This document shows, piece after piece, positions 1 to 10,441 of a DNA stretch of 39,605 nt. Under the pieces are notes generated by a model. It did no database searches, had not been told where the DNA came from, and saw only the letters and a list, made by a program, of their open reading frames with translations. Within the stretch, counting starts at the first letter, position 1. The number at the start of each line of letters is the position of its first letter. The position numbers were made by a program, and so were the translations under genes. Source of the stretch: Enterobacter phage NJ2; sequence record OR822025.1, one strand, 5' to 3'.

Positions 1-26
1 TTTTTTGCTTAAAGGAGATTATCATC

Positions 27-617
27 ATGCGCTCATTCGAAATGAACGTTGAGTCAGCCGCTGAGCTATCAGCAGTGAATGACATCCTGGCTGCAATCGG
101 TGAACCGCCAGTGTCTACCCTAGAGGGAGACGCTAACGCAGACGTATCGAACGCACGTAGGATTCTCAACAAGATTAACCGACAGGTTCAATCCAAAGGA
201 TGGACATTCAACATTGAGCAGGGCGTACAGCTACTGCCTGACGTGTTCTCCCAGATGATTGACTACTCGTCCGACTACCTGTCCATGCTGAGCACTGGCG
301 GACAGTCTCAGTACATAAACCGTGGTGGATACGTCTATGACCGTACAGCGCTGACTGACCGCTTCCCTAACGGAATCACAGTTAACCTCATCCGTCTCCG
401 AGAGTTCGATGAGATGCCTGAATGTTTCCGCAACCTGATTGTCACTAAGGCCAGCCGTCAGTTCAACTCACGGTTCTTTGGTGCGCCAGAGGTAGACGGT
501 GTGTTGCAGGAGGAGGAAGCTGAGGCACAGCGTGCGTGCTTCGAGTACGAGCTGGACTACGGTAACTTCAACATGCTAGACGGCGATGCCTTCGTGGGCG
601 GTCTACTGTCACGCTAA
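27..617 (+). CDS. gp11: tail tubular protein A (T7 gene 11 homolog), 196 aa
   Basis: The ORF is 196 aa, the same length as T7 gp11. It sits immediately downstream of the Tphi terminator and upstream of gene 12. The RBS is AAAGGAG 8 nt before the ATG. Confidence 0.9.
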   Translation: MRSFEMNVESAAELSAVNDILAAIGEPPVSTLEGDANADVSNARRILNKINRQVQSKGWTFNIEQGVQLLPDVFSQMIDYSSDYLSMLSTGGQSQYINRGGYVYDRTALTDRFPNGITVNLIRLREFDEMPECFRNLIVTKASRQFNSRFFGAPEVDGVLQEEEAEAQRACFEYELDYGNFNMLDGDAFVGGLLSR

Positions 618-633
618 TCATAAGGAGGCCCTC

Positions 634-3024
634 ATGGGACTTATTAGTCAAAGTATCAAAAACCTTAAGGGTGGTATTAGCCAGCAACCGGATATCCTGA
701 GGTTCCCGGAGCAGGGAGCCGCTCAGATAAACGGGTGGTCCTCAGAGACCGAGGGCCTTCAGAAGCGTCCACCTTTACTGTTCAACCGGACAATCGACAC
801 AGCGGCCTCTGTAGGTGCAGCTCCGTATGTCCACCTTATCAACCGTGATGAGTTCGAACAGTACCACGTAGTATTCACAGGGACCAGCATCAGGGTCTTC
901 GACCTAGACGGTGTTGAGTACCCGGTGGACTACGAGAACAACTCACAGGCTTACATCCAGACTGCCAACCCAAGGGATGACCTGAGGATGGTCACGGTGG
1001 CAGACTATACGTTTGTCGTGAACCGTAAGCGGGTGGTGCAGGTCAACCCGAACAGTAAGAATGACGGTGGCGCATTCAACCCGAAGCAGGACGCACTGAT
1101 TAACGTCCGTGGCGGTCAGTATGGTCGAACCTTGAGTGTAAGCATCAATGGGGGCACACAGGCTTCCTACAAGATTCCTGATGGTGATAAGCCCACTGAT
1201 GTTGGTAATACCGATGCTCAGTGGTTAGCCGAGGAGTTAGCGCGTCAGCTCCGAGCGAATACCCCAGGGTGGGCCTTCCACGTAGGACAAGGGTATATCT
1301 GGATTGTTGCCCCGGCTGGTCAGGAGATTAACTCCCTGGTCACAAAGGATGGCTATGCAGACCAGCTTATCAGTCCCGTAACGCACTACGCTCAGTCGTT
1401 CGCGAAGTTGCCTATCAATGCCCCTGATGGGTACCGTGTGAAAATCGTTGGGGATACCTCTAAGACTGCCGACCAGTATTACGTTCGGTACGATGCGACC
1501 CGCAAGGTCTGGTCAGAGTGTCCAGCCTGGAACATCACCACTCAGTTCTACCTTGAGACCATGCCTCATGCGCTGGTCCGTAAGGCAGACGGACGGTTCG
1601 CTTTCCGTTGGAACTCGTGGAATGCTCGTAGTGCTGGTGACGACGATACCAACCCGTATCCGTCCTTTGTGGACAACACCATCAACGATGTGTTCTTCTT
1701 CAGGAACCGCTTAGGCTTCCTCTCTGGTGAGAATATCATCCTGTCCAGGACCGCTAAGTATTTCAACTTCTTCCCACCTTCAGTGGCGAACCTGAGCGAC
1801 GATGACCCTATCGACGTTGCAGTCAGTCACAACCGTGTGTCGACCTTGAAGTACGCCGTACCGTTCACTGAGGAGCTTCTCCTGTGGTCGGACGAGGCGC
1901 AGTTCGTGTTGGGTGCTTCTGGCATCCTGTCCAGTAAGACCGTTGAGCTTAACCTGACGACTCAGTTCGATGTCCAGGATAAGTCCCGACCTTACGGGAT
2001 TGGACGTAACGTGTACTTTGCGTCACCTCGTGCTACCTACACGTCCATGAGCCGATACTATGCAGTCCAGGATGTATCAAGCGTGAAGTCCGCTGAGGAC
2101 ATTACGGCCCACGTACCGAACTACATTCCGAATGGTGTGTTCAGTATCTCCGGGACATCCTCTGAGAACTTCGCCACGGTGCTGACCAGTGGGGCCAAAG
2201 GTAAGGTGTTCATCTACAAGTTCCTCTACCTGGATGAAGAACTCCGCCAGCAGTCCTGGTCTCATTGGGACTTCGGGGATAACGTTGAGGTACTCGCAGC
2301 GAACTGTATCGGGTCCCGGATGTATATCCTGATGCGTAACCAGTTCAACCTGTGGTCCTGTGAGGTGAACTTCACGAAGGAGTCAATCGACTACGATATC
2401 GAGCCATACCGTGTCCACCTGGACATGAAGAAGGCTTACACGATTCCTAGTGACGCCTTTAACGAAGATACCTTCCAGACCAGTCTCAGCATCTCTGCGG
2501 TGTACCAGTCGAACTTCCAGAGAGGGTCTGTCACTATTGTGGAGGCCGATGGTAAGACTACGACCATCCCTGCGCCTGAGGGAGGCTGGAACAGTAGCCC
2601 TTGGATATCCCTTGATGGTAACCTTGCTGGTAAGACCGTTATCATCGGGTTCAACTACGAGTTCCGTTACGAGTTCTCTAAGTTCCTCATTAAGAAGGCG
2701 GCTGATGATGGCTCAACGGCTACCGAGGACATTGGACGCTTACAGCTCCGCCGTGCCTGGCTGAACTACGAGCGCTCTGGGGCATTCACCATTCAGGTGC
2801 AGAACCTCAGCAGGGTCTTTGAGTACGACATGGCTGGTGGACGCTTAGGCTCCGACAACCTGCGAATCGGTAGGCTGAACCTGGGTACCGGGCAGTATCG
2901 TTTCCCTGTGGCAGGTAACGCATCGTACAACACAGTTATCCTTATCAGCGACAATACAACTCCACTCAACGTGATTGGTTGTGGCTGGGAAGGTAACTAC
3001 ATTCGCCGCTCAAGCGGTATCTAA
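634..3024 (+). CDS. gp12: tail tubular protein B (T7 gene 12 homolog), about 797 aa
   Basis: The long ORF is in frame with the 586 start. I chose ATG 634 because TAAGGAGG lies 7 nt upstream, so the N-terminus is MGLISQSIKNLKGG, typical of gp12. Size and position match T7 gp12 (794 aa). Confidence 0.9.
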   Translation: MGLISQSIKNLKGGISQQPDILRFPEQGAAQINGWSSETEGLQKRPPLLFNRTIDTAASVGAAPYVHLINRDEFEQYHVVFTGTSIRVFDLDGVEYPVDYENNSQAYIQTANPRDDLRMVTVADYTFVVNRKRVVQVNPNSKNDGGAFNPKQDALINVRGGQYGRTLSVSINGGTQASYKIPDGDKPTDVGNTDAQWLAEELARQLRANTPGWAFHVGQGYIWIVAPAGQEINSLVTKDGYADQLISPVTHYAQSFAKLPINAPDGYRVKIVGDTSKTADQYYVRYDATRKVWSECPAWNITTQFYLETMPHALVRKADGRFAFRWNSWNARSAGDDDTNPYPSFVDNTINDVFFFRNRLGFLSGENIILSRTAKYFNFFPPSVANLSDDDPIDVAVSHNRVSTLKYAVPFTEELLLWSDEAQFVLGASGILSSKTVELNLTTQFDVQDKSRPYGIGRNVYFASPRATYTSMSRYYAVQDVSSVKSAEDITAHVPNYIPNGVFSISGTSSENFATVLTSGAKGKVFIYKFLYLDEELRQQSWSHWDFGDNVEVLAANCIGSRMYILMRNQFNLWSCEVNFTKESIDYDIEPYRVHLDMKKAYTIPSDAFNEDTFQTSLSISAVYQSNFQRGSVTIVEADGKTTTIPAPEGGWNSSPWISLDGNLAGKTVIIGFNYEFRYEFSKFLIKKAADDGSTATEDIGRLQLRRAWLNYERSGAFTIQVQNLSRVFEYDMAGGRLGSDNLRIGRLNLGTGQYRFPVAGNASYNTVILISDNTTPLNVIGCGWEGNYIRRSSGI

Positions 3025-3045
3025 CAGCTCTCCCTGTGGTGGGTC

Positions 3046-3068
3046 AATAACGACTCACTATAGGGAGA
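3046..3068 (+). promoter_or_regulatory. phage RNAP class III promoter (phi13 equivalent), AATAACGACTCACTATAGGGAGA
   Basis: A 23-mer identical to the T7 consensus from -12 to +6. The +1 G is at 3063, upstream of gene 13. Confidence 0.9.
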
Positions 3069-3096
3069 CATTAACGACTACGGGAGGTGTTTCATT

Positions 3097-3504
3097 ATGT
3101 TCATCCGTAAAGCTAAACCTACAGATTTTGAAGTATTCACCCCGGCCTACCATGACATACTTGAGGCTCAGGCTCTGGGTATCACGCCAAGTTTCCCTGA
3201 TGCGTCCGAGTGTGTCACGTTAGACCTGGATGGCTACCCTCTGGCTATCGGTGGGAATCAAGGCGACCAGGTGTGGTTCGTTACGTCTGACCAAGTGTGG
3301 AGACTCGACAGGGCCTCCAAGCTGGAGTTCAGGGAGCGTATCATGGAGTACCGTGATATGATGTTGGATGTCTATCCTTCCCTCTGGAACTTCGTATGGA
3401 CAGGCAATGGTCCCCACATCAGGTTCCTTAAGTCCATCGGTGCGGTATTCCATGAGGAGTACACACAAGGTGGGAAATTCCAACTGTTTACCATTAGGAG
3501 GTAA
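3097..3504 (+). CDS. gp13: internal virion protein A (gene 13 homolog), 135 aa
   Basis: Position and size (T7 gp13 is 138 aa). The RBS is GGGAGGTG. It is followed directly by gene 14. Confidence 0.85.
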   Translation: MFIRKAKPTDFEVFTPAYHDILEAQALGITPSFPDASECVTLDLDGYPLAIGGNQGDQVWFVTSDQVWRLDRASKLEFRERIMEYRDMMLDVYPSLWNFVWTGNGPHIRFLKSIGAVFHEEYTQGGKFQLFTIRR

Positions 3505-3506
3505 CT

Positions 3507-4121
3507 ATGTGCTGGATGGCTGCAATCCCTATTGCTATGCAAGGCGCACAGATGATGATGGGTAACGCTCAAGGCGAACAAGCCAAAGCTGCCACCATCG
3601 ACCAGCAGCGACGTCAGGCCATTGAGATGGTCCGGGAGATGAACTACAAGGATGCAGACCTTCGTTTACAAGAGCGAGGGACCCTTGAGGCCGCCTCTCA
3701 GGAACTCACCGGGATGAGTATGAATAAGGTCCGCAATATGGGAACCATTCGTGCTGCAATCGGTGAGGGTAACCTGGAGGGTAACTCTATGGACCGCGTG
3801 GCCCGTGTTACTGAAGGTGACATGATTCGTGCTGCCAATGGTGTGACCGAGAACTATAAGCGTGACTATGCGTCTATCTTCGCAGAGCGCCTTGGTCAGC
3901 ATAGCAACACCATTCGTCAGATTGAGCAGATGCAGAAGTCTGAGCCTCGCCTGAAAGGTAAGCTTGAGACTATCATCGACCCTCTGGGTCTGGGTGTTAC
4001 CAAGCTGGTAGACGTGTTCACCGTAGGTGGTGCGTTTGAACGTAAGCTGGGCCGTAAGTGGGCCGCAAAGGCCAAAGCGTCTGACGCTAAGAGCACAGGC
4101 CAGAACAATACAATGAGGTGA
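3507..4121 (+). CDS. gp14: internal virion/ejection protein B (gene 14 homolog), 204 aa
   Basis: Synteny. The start is MCWMAAIPIAMQGAQ, the hydrophobic N-terminus typical of gp14. T7 gp14 is 196 aa. Confidence 0.85.
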   Translation: MCWMAAIPIAMQGAQMMMGNAQGEQAKAATIDQQRRQAIEMVREMNYKDADLRLQERGTLEAASQELTGMSMNKVRNMGTIRAAIGEGNLEGNSMDRVARVTEGDMIRAANGVTENYKRDYASIFAERLGQHSNTIRQIEQMQKSEPRLKGKLETIIDPLGLGVTKLVDVFTVGGAFERKLGRKWAAKAKASDAKSTGQNNTMR

Positions 4122-4125
4122 TAAT

Positions 4126-6387
4126 ATGGCAAGTAAACTTGGTAGTGTGTTAGACGGTATGACTGCGCCTGGTATGAGTAGACTACGCGTCTCTACCGGG
4201 ATGAACGTCAGGGCCGCACAAACGTATGAGGACCCATCGTACCAGCGTAAGTCAGCCCTTATCGGGACTGTAGGTAAACTCGCTGAGATGGGTGCCGATG
4301 CGTACATGAAGTATGACGCTGTGAAGAAGCAGAAGGCTGACGAACGGTCCAACGAGATTATCCGTAGCCTTACTCCTCAGCAGCGCCGAGAAGCCATCAA
4401 GAATGGGACGTTACTGTACCAGGATGATGAGTACGCTATGCAAGCGCTCAAGGAGAAGACCGGGCGTAACGCTGCATTCCTTATCGACGATGAGGTACAG
4501 CAAGCAATCCAAGAGGGCCGCTTCAGGTCACGTACAGAGATGGAGGAGTTTCGACACTCCCGTATGCAGGAAGCCTCCAAGAAGTATGCCGATGAGTTCG
4601 GTATAGACTTCGGGGATGAGCACTACCAGCGCGGACTGAACTCCAACATCACTGACCGAAACATTGCCCTCTATGGGTCACACGATAAGTTCCTCAGTGA
4701 CCAGTTCCAGAAGGGTTCGGTGGTCAACGCCAAGGTGGAGCTAGGCTCTGCCCTGACTGACCCTGACGTTCTCCGCTCTAAGAACGCTGGCGAGTTCTTC
4801 CAAGGGTACATCGACAACGGGTTAATCACCGGGTCAATCCCTTCGGACGACCAAGCGTACCAGCTCATCACGTCCTCCCTTAATGATGTCATTCAGCGCC
4901 CAGGTGGTGCCGACTTCTTACAGTCCATCCAGGACCGCAAGGTGACACTTAACGGGACCACATCAACCTATAAGGAGCTTATGGGTGACGAGATGTGGAA
5001 CAATATGATGGTCAAGGCTCAAGCCTCTCAGTTCCAGAATGACGCTAAGCTGAACGAAACGTTCCGCCTCAATGTCTCCTCTGCGCTCAACCAGGCCGAT
5101 ACGGCTACAGGATGGGAACAGTTGCAGACCATTAAGGCAGAGCTGGACAAGCGTCAACCTGGTGAAGAGATGACTCCAGAGCGTGAGCGTCTGATTGCGG
5201 CCCAGGAGCATATGCAAGCGCGTATCAACCAGGAGTCCGCCGCAGTGGCCAAGGAGATGGACAAGCAGCAGAAGTCACTCAATAAGTACGATGTGATTGA
5301 TGCTCAGTTCAATAAGCGTCTCAGTGGCGACTACGTGTCCACCAGCTATAAGGACATGCCGACCAACGAGAATACCGGGGAGTTCACCCACAGTGACATG
5401 GTAAACTTTGCCAACAAGAAGCTGGCACAGATTGAGGCTATGGAACTGACGGATGAACAGAAGGATAAGCTCAAGTTGGACTACCTCCGGGCAGACTCTA
5501 AGGACGGTGCTTTCCGTACTGCCGTTGGTGAGCTGGTGACTGATGCTGGTCAGGAATGGTCTGCCGCTGTGATTAACGGTAAGATGCCTGAGAGCACAGC
5601 CGCTATGGATTCCCTGCGTAGACTGCGTAACACCGACCCTAACTTGGTGGCTGCGCTGTACCCGGACCAGGCTGACTTGTTCCTCACGATGGACATGATG
5701 GATAAGCAAGGTATCGACCCTCAGGTCCTTATTGATGCTGACCGTGCTCGCCGTAATCAGACCAAGGAGATGCAGTTCGAAGATGACAAGGCTTGGGCTT
5801 CCCTGAAGAACAACTCACAGTCTCCAGAGCTGTCTCGAATCCCTGCGTCACTGGATGGTATGGCCCGTAAGATTTACGATTCGGTCAAGTACCGCTCCGG
5901 TAACAGCGATATGGCAATGCAGCAGGTCGATAAGTTCCTCAAGGAGTCCACCACTACGTTCACCGTGGATGATGTGGATGGAGACACCATTGGTGTTGTC
6001 CCTAAGAATATCCTACAGGTAACTGACGACCCACGTTCCTGGGAGCAAGGTAAGGACATCCTGGACAAGGCACGCCAGGGCATCATTGCGGCGAACCCTT
6101 GGGTGACCAATAAGCAGCTTAGCGTGTACCAGCAGGGAGACTCCATCTACCTCATGGACACCACAGGCCAGATTCGCATTCGGTATGACCGTGAGCTTCT
6201 CGCTCGTGAGTACCAGGCGACTGCCGCTAAGCAAGCTGAGGCTGCCAAAGAGAAGGCCCTTAAGGAAGCTCAGAAGCGTGCTCCTATCACTCAGGCTACC
6301 AAGGCCCGAGCTGAAGCAGGTAAGCGTGTCCGAGCGAAACAGAAGGCTACACCAAAGTACATCTACGGTGGTAAACCAAACGAATAA
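4126..6387 (+). CDS. gp15: internal virion/ejection protein C (gene 15 homolog), 753 aa
   Basis: Size (T7 gp15 is 747 aa), synteny, and a charged/coiled composition. Confidence 0.9.
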   Translation: MASKLGSVLDGMTAPGMSRLRVSTGMNVRAAQTYEDPSYQRKSALIGTVGKLAEMGADAYMKYDAVKKQKADERSNEIIRSLTPQQRREAIKNGTLLYQDDEYAMQALKEKTGRNAAFLIDDEVQQAIQEGRFRSRTEMEEFRHSRMQEASKKYADEFGIDFGDEHYQRGLNSNITDRNIALYGSHDKFLSDQFQKGSVVNAKVELGSALTDPDVLRSKNAGEFFQGYIDNGLITGSIPSDDQAYQLITSSLNDVIQRPGGADFLQSIQDRKVTLNGTTSTYKELMGDEMWNNMMVKAQASQFQNDAKLNETFRLNVSSALNQADTATGWEQLQTIKAELDKRQPGEEMTPERERLIAAQEHMQARINQESAAVAKEMDKQQKSLNKYDVIDAQFNKRLSGDYVSTSYKDMPTNENTGEFTHSDMVNFANKKLAQIEAMELTDEQKDKLKLDYLRADSKDGAFRTAVGELVTDAGQEWSAAVINGKMPESTAAMDSLRRLRNTDPNLVAALYPDQADLFLTMDMMDKQGIDPQVLIDADRARRNQTKEMQFEDDKAWASLKNNSQSPELSRIPASLDGMARKIYDSVKYRSGNSDMAMQQVDKFLKESTTTFTVDDVDGDTIGVVPKNILQVTDDPRSWEQGKDILDKARQGIIAANPWVTNKQLSVYQQGDSIYLMDTTGQIRIRYDRELLAREYQATAAKQAEAAKEKALKEAQKRAPITQATKARAEAGKRVRAKQKATPKYIYGGKPNE

Positions 6388-6404
6388 CATAAGGAGTAAA
6401 CCTC

Positions 6405-9400
6405 ATGAGTTACGATAAGTCTAAGCCTAGCGAATACGATGGGCTGTTCCAAAAAGCAGCAGATACTCATGGGGTCTCCTATGACCTTCTGCGCAAGTTA
6501 GCTTTCAATGAGTCAAGCTTCAACCCGAACGCCAAGTCTAAGACCGGGCCTAAGGGCATGATGCAGTTCACCACCGGGACCGCTCGTGGTCTCGGACTTA
6601 AGGTGGCCGATGTTGGTGTGGATGACCCTACCGATGAGCGCTACAACCCAGAGCTGTCAATCGACGCTGCGGCTCGCCACCTGAGCGACCTGGTACGTAA
6701 ATACAACGGGGATGAGCTTAAAGCCGCCCTGGCGTACAACCAAGGGGAAGGCCAAGATGGTGCCCCTCAGATTCAGGCATACGACAAGGGTGACTTTGCG
6801 TCAATCTCCGAGGAAGGCCGTAACTACATGCGTAAGCTTATGGATGTGGCTAACAGTCCACGCAAGGCTGAGCTGGAAGCGTTCGGTGGTATCACCCCAA
6901 AGGGTAAGGGCATTCCGGCTTCTGACGCCTTCGCTGGTCTGTCTGAAAAGGGTAAGGTGACAACTGACCTCCCACAGTCCACAGGGTTCAGCGTGAAGGG
7001 TAAGGAGCAAGCCGCTCCGAATAAACCATTCGCTCAGGACTTCTGGGAGAAGACCGGGACGACAATCGACGAGTTCGAGTCTCGCAGTACCTTCTTCGGG
7101 TTCAAGGATGCCACAGCGGCAGAACTCCATAACTCAACAATGGGTGTAGCCTTCAGGGCTGCCCGTGCTGACAATGGGTTCGACATCTTCAAGGATGTCA
7201 TCACGCCTACCAAGTGGAACTCCTACCAGCCTACCGCTGAGGACTTGGACAAACTGCGTAACAGTGGTCTGCCTCCGAGTTATTACTCAGTGGTGACAGG
7301 TGGTGACGGTGAGAATTGGGACGACCTGATTAAGATGGCTAAGAGCAACTACGAGATGGACCAGAAGGCTTCTGAAGCTGGCCTGGGAGCTAAGCTCTCT
7401 GCTGGTATCATTGGCGCTGGTGCTGACCCGCTGAGCTACGTCCCTCTTGTGGGAGTCGCTGGGAAGGGCATCAAGGTAGTTAATAAGGCGCTGGTGGTCG
7501 GTACCCAGGCGGCTGGACTAGGTGTGGCCTCTGAGGCTATCCGCACGTCTATCGCTGGTGGTGACGCTCACTATGCTGACGCTGCCCTTGGTGGCCTCAT
7601 CTTCGGTGCTGGTATGTCCGCAATTAGTGATGCAGTAGCTCGTGGTATCCGTAAGTCTAGCGGCCCGGACACTCTTAATGAGTTCGCTGGTCCAGCAATG
7701 CGACTGGAGGCCCGTGAGTCTGCTCTCAACGCTGGTGGCACCGACATGACCAGGATGCCTAGCGAGACCCAAGTGTTCTCCGGTGAGCATCTCGGAGTGA
7801 AGTACGCTGAGGCTCCTAACGAACCTGGTGCAGTGGTTCTGGAGAATGGTTCCATCCTTATGGACACCAACCCGGCTAACCCTAAGACCCTCAAGGAGTT
7901 CCAGGAGATTGACCCTGAGCGTGCAGCTCGCGGTGCGTCCCTTGGTGGCTTCACTGAGATTGGACTGAAGGTTCTCCGCTCGGAGTCACCTGAAGTGCGC
8001 AGCCTTGCGTCAGACCTGGTGCGTAGCCCTACTGGTATGGAGTCTGGTACCTCAGGTAAGTTCGGTGCGACTGCATCCGATATCCATGAGCGCCTCCACG
8101 CTACCGACCAACGGTCTTACAACCAGCTCTATGATGCAGTGCGTGAAGCTATGAAGGACCCTGAGTTCTCTGTGGGTGAAGCCAAGATGTCCCGTGAAGG
8201 TGTACGTCAGGAAATCTACAAGCGAGCTGCCCTAGCGATTGAACGTCCTGAACTCCAGGCCGGACTGACCAAGGGTGAACGTAAAGTAATGGACCTGATG
8301 AAGCAGCACTTCGACACGAAGCGTGAGCTTATGGAGAACCCAGCGATGTTCGGTAACTTCAATGCCACAAGCATCTTCCCTAACAGTCGACACAAAGGGA
8401 CCTACGTTCCTAACGTGTATGACCGAGCAGCTAAGCAGTTGTACGCTCAGCGCTTAGGTGGTGCAGAAGGTCTCCAGGAGGCAATCGCTAAGTCCTGGCT
8501 GACAAGTTACCACTCGCGCCCTGAGGTGAAAGCCCGTGTGGACGAGGGGCTGGCCGAGGCGGCTGGACTCAAGTCTCCTAACGAGGTAACACCAGAGATG
8601 GTCCAAAAGTACGCTATGGATAAGGCATACGGTATCTCTCACACAGAGGACTTCAGTGCTTCGTCCGTAATCGACGAGAACATCACAGGTCTGGTAGGTA
8701 TTGAGAATAACTCCTTCCTTGAGGCCCGTAACTTGTTCGACTCCGATATGGCTACGACACTGCCTGACGGTACGAGCTTCTCCGTAAATGACCTGCGTGA
8801 CTTCGACATGTTCCGAGTCATGCCAGCTTATGACCGCCGTGTTAATGGTGATATTGCCATCATGGGCGGAACCGGGAAGACCACTGAGATGCTGAAGGAC
8901 GAGATTATGGCCCTGTCCAAGAAGGCTGAGAAGAACGGCTCCATGAAGGGTGAAGTAGAGGCCCTGAAGGATACCGTTAAGATTCTCACTGGACGCGCTC
9001 GTCGTAACCAGGATGGTGCCTTTGAGACTCTCGTTCGTGGGCTGAATGACCTGACGTTCTTCGCTAAGAACTTCTATATGGGTCCTCAGAACGTCACCGA
9101 GATTGCTGGCATGCTGGCCAAGGGTAACGTTAAGGCGATGCTCCACGGTATCCCAACAATGCGTGACCTGGCGTTCAAGCAGTCCCCCCTGTCCGGTAAG
9201 GAACTGAAGGATGTACACGGTGCTCTCTTTGGGCGTGAACTGGACCAGCTCATTCGTCCTGGACGTGAGGACATCGTGCAGCGTCTCCGTGAGTCAACCG
9301 ATACGAACGCACTCGTGGCTCAGGCCGTGGGTACCTTTAAGTACGGGACTCAGGAACTCTCTGCGCGTTCTCCGTGGACCAAGATGCTGAACGGTACAGC

Positions 9401-10382
9401 TAACTACCTCCTGGATGCAGCCCGTCAGGGTGTGCTGGGTGATGTTGCTGGTGCTGCCCTCGGCGGTAAAGGCTCCAAGTTCGGTACTGACAGCTTCCTG
9501 AAGTCTGCGAGTATCTCTAAGGAACAGTGGAACGGTATCAAGCAGTTGTTCCGTGACCATGCTGTACGTGATGAATCCGGTAAGTTCACCATCAAGGACA
9601 AGAAGGCATTCTCAATGGACCCACGAGCGATGGACCTGTGGCGACTGGCTGACAAGGTAGCAGATGAGACTATGCTGCGACCTCATAAGGTTTCCTCTCA
9701 GGACTCCAAGGCGTATGGTGCTGGAGTGAAGATGTTCATGCAGTTCAAGAACTTCACCATCAAGTCACTGAACTCTAAGTTCGTCCGGTCTTATTATGAG
9801 GCCACGAAGAACAGCCGAGGGATTGATATGGCGCTGACTCATGCCCTGTCTCTGGGTATCGCTGGGACTTACTTCGCGATGCAAGCCCACGTCAAGGCCC
9901 TGGGTCTCCCAGAGCATCAACAGAAGGACTACCTCAAGAAAGCGCTTAACCCGACCATGTTGGGCTACGCTGCACTGACCCGTAGTTCACACCTGGGTGC
10001 TCCGTTCTCCATTCCGTCCATGATTGCTGGTGCTGCTGGCTTCAATGAGGCGAACATGCTGCGCTCTACCATCCTTCCTAAGGAGGAGCCAAAGCGTGAC
10101 AAGAACAAACCGTTGACCTCTCGTGAGGCTGCGGCAAACTTCGCGGGGAACCTTGGGTCTCAGGTCCCGGCCTTAGGGTTCGTAGGTTCTACAATTGCGG
10201 CTGGCTACAACGCTGCTGGTGTACTCTCTGCTCCCAACAAGCCGACTGAGCGTGACTTCATGACTGGCCTGATGAACTCCACGAGAGAGCTGGTGCCTAA
10301 CGACCCACTGACTCAGCAGCTCATCATGAAGATTTACGAAGCGAATGGTGTTCACATCAAGGAGGCTCCTAAGCCGAATTAA
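6405..10382 (+). CDS. gp16: internal virion protein D with N-terminal lytic transglycosylase domain (gene 16 homolog), 1325 aa
   Basis: Size (T7 gp16 is 1318 aa). An N-terminal SLT-like motif (LAFNESSFNPNAKSKTGPKGMMQF) contains the catalytic E-S. The RBS is AAGGAG. Confidence 0.92.
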   Translation: MSYDKSKPSEYDGLFQKAADTHGVSYDLLRKLAFNESSFNPNAKSKTGPKGMMQFTTGTARGLGLKVADVGVDDPTDERYNPELSIDAAARHLSDLVRKYNGDELKAALAYNQGEGQDGAPQIQAYDKGDFASISEEGRNYMRKLMDVANSPRKAELEAFGGITPKGKGIPASDAFAGLSEKGKVTTDLPQSTGFSVKGKEQAAPNKPFAQDFWEKTGTTIDEFESRSTFFGFKDATAAELHNSTMGVAFRAARADNGFDIFKDVITPTKWNSYQPTAEDLDKLRNSGLPPSYYSVVTGGDGENWDDLIKMAKSNYEMDQKASEAGLGAKLSAGIIGAGADPLSYVPLVGVAGKGIKVVNKALVVGTQAAGLGVASEAIRTSIAGGDAHYADAALGGLIFGAGMSAISDAVARGIRKSSGPDTLNEFAGPAMRLEARESALNAGGTDMTRMPSETQVFSGEHLGVKYAEAPNEPGAVVLENGSILMDTNPANPKTLKEFQEIDPERAARGASLGGFTEIGLKVLRSESPEVRSLASDLVRSPTGMESGTSGKFGATASDIHERLHATDQRSYNQLYDAVREAMKDPEFSVGEAKMSREGVRQEIYKRAALAIERPELQAGLTKGERKVMDLMKQHFDTKRELMENPAMFGNFNATSIFPNSRHKGTYVPNVYDRAAKQLYAQRLGGAEGLQEAIAKSWLTSYHSRPEVKARVDEGLAEAAGLKSPNEVTPEMVQKYAMDKAYGISHTEDFSASSVIDENITGLVGIENNSFLEARNLFDSDMATTLPDGTSFSVNDLRDFDMFRVMPAYDRRVNGDIAIMGGTGKTTEMLKDEIMALSKKAEKNGSMKGEVEALKDTVKILTGRARRNQDGAFETLVRGLNDLTFFAKNFYMGPQNVTEIAGMLAKGNVKAMLHGIPTMRDLAFKQSPLSGKELKDVHGALFGRELDQLIRPGREDIVQRLRESTDTNALVAQAVGTFKYGTQELSARSPWTKMLNGTANYLLDAARQGVLGDVAGAALGGKGSKFGTDSFLKSASISKEQWNGIKQLFRDHAVRDESGKFTIKDKKAFSMDPRAMDLWRLADKVADETMLRPHKVSSQDSKAYGAGVKMFMQFKNFTIKSLNSKFVRSYYEATKNSRGIDMALTHALSLGIAGTYFAMQAHVKALGLPEHQQKDYLKKALNPTMLGYAALTRSSHLGAPFSIPSMIAGAAGFNEANMLRSTILPKEEPKRDKNKPLTSREAAANFAGNLGSQVPALGFVGSTIAAGYNAAGVLSAPNKPTERDFMTGLMNSTRELVPNDPLTQQLIMKIYEANGVHIKEAPKPN

Positions 10383-10400
10383 CGACTCACTATAGGGAGA
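10378..10400 (+). promoter_or_regulatory. phage RNAP class III promoter (phi17 equivalent), ATTAACGACTCACTATAGGGAGA
   Basis: A consensus 23-mer overlapping the gene 16 stop codon. The +1 G is at 10395, 47 nt upstream of gene 17. Confidence 0.9.
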
Positions 10401-10441
10401 GACACAACGTCCTCCCTTCTAACTTTAACAGGAGGTCTGTA

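Noticed and set aside
586-633. Upstream extension of the gene 12 ORF (812-aa version starting at 586)
   Set aside because: The start at 586 lies inside gene 11 without an RBS. ATG 634 has TAAGGAGG at ideal spacing and gives the conserved MGLISQ N-terminus.
1448-1766. Short alternative-frame ORFs inside gene 12 (and similar 60-140 aa ORFs inside genes 15, 16, 17, 19, 1, 5)
   Set aside because: They are nested in off-frames of long conserved genes, lack RBSs and show no conservation signal. The exception is the 18.7 o-spanin, which has a lipobox and a known embedded architecture.
3666-4352. 228-aa ORF on the minus strand
   Set aside because: It runs antisense through genes 14 and 15, which are strongly conserved on the + strand. 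There is no promoter or RBS, and T7-group genomes are transcribed entirely from one strand.
8454-9218. 254-aa minus-strand ORF inside gene 16
   Set aside because: Antisense to a conserved structural gene. It is a typical spurious long ORF in GC-balanced coding sequence.
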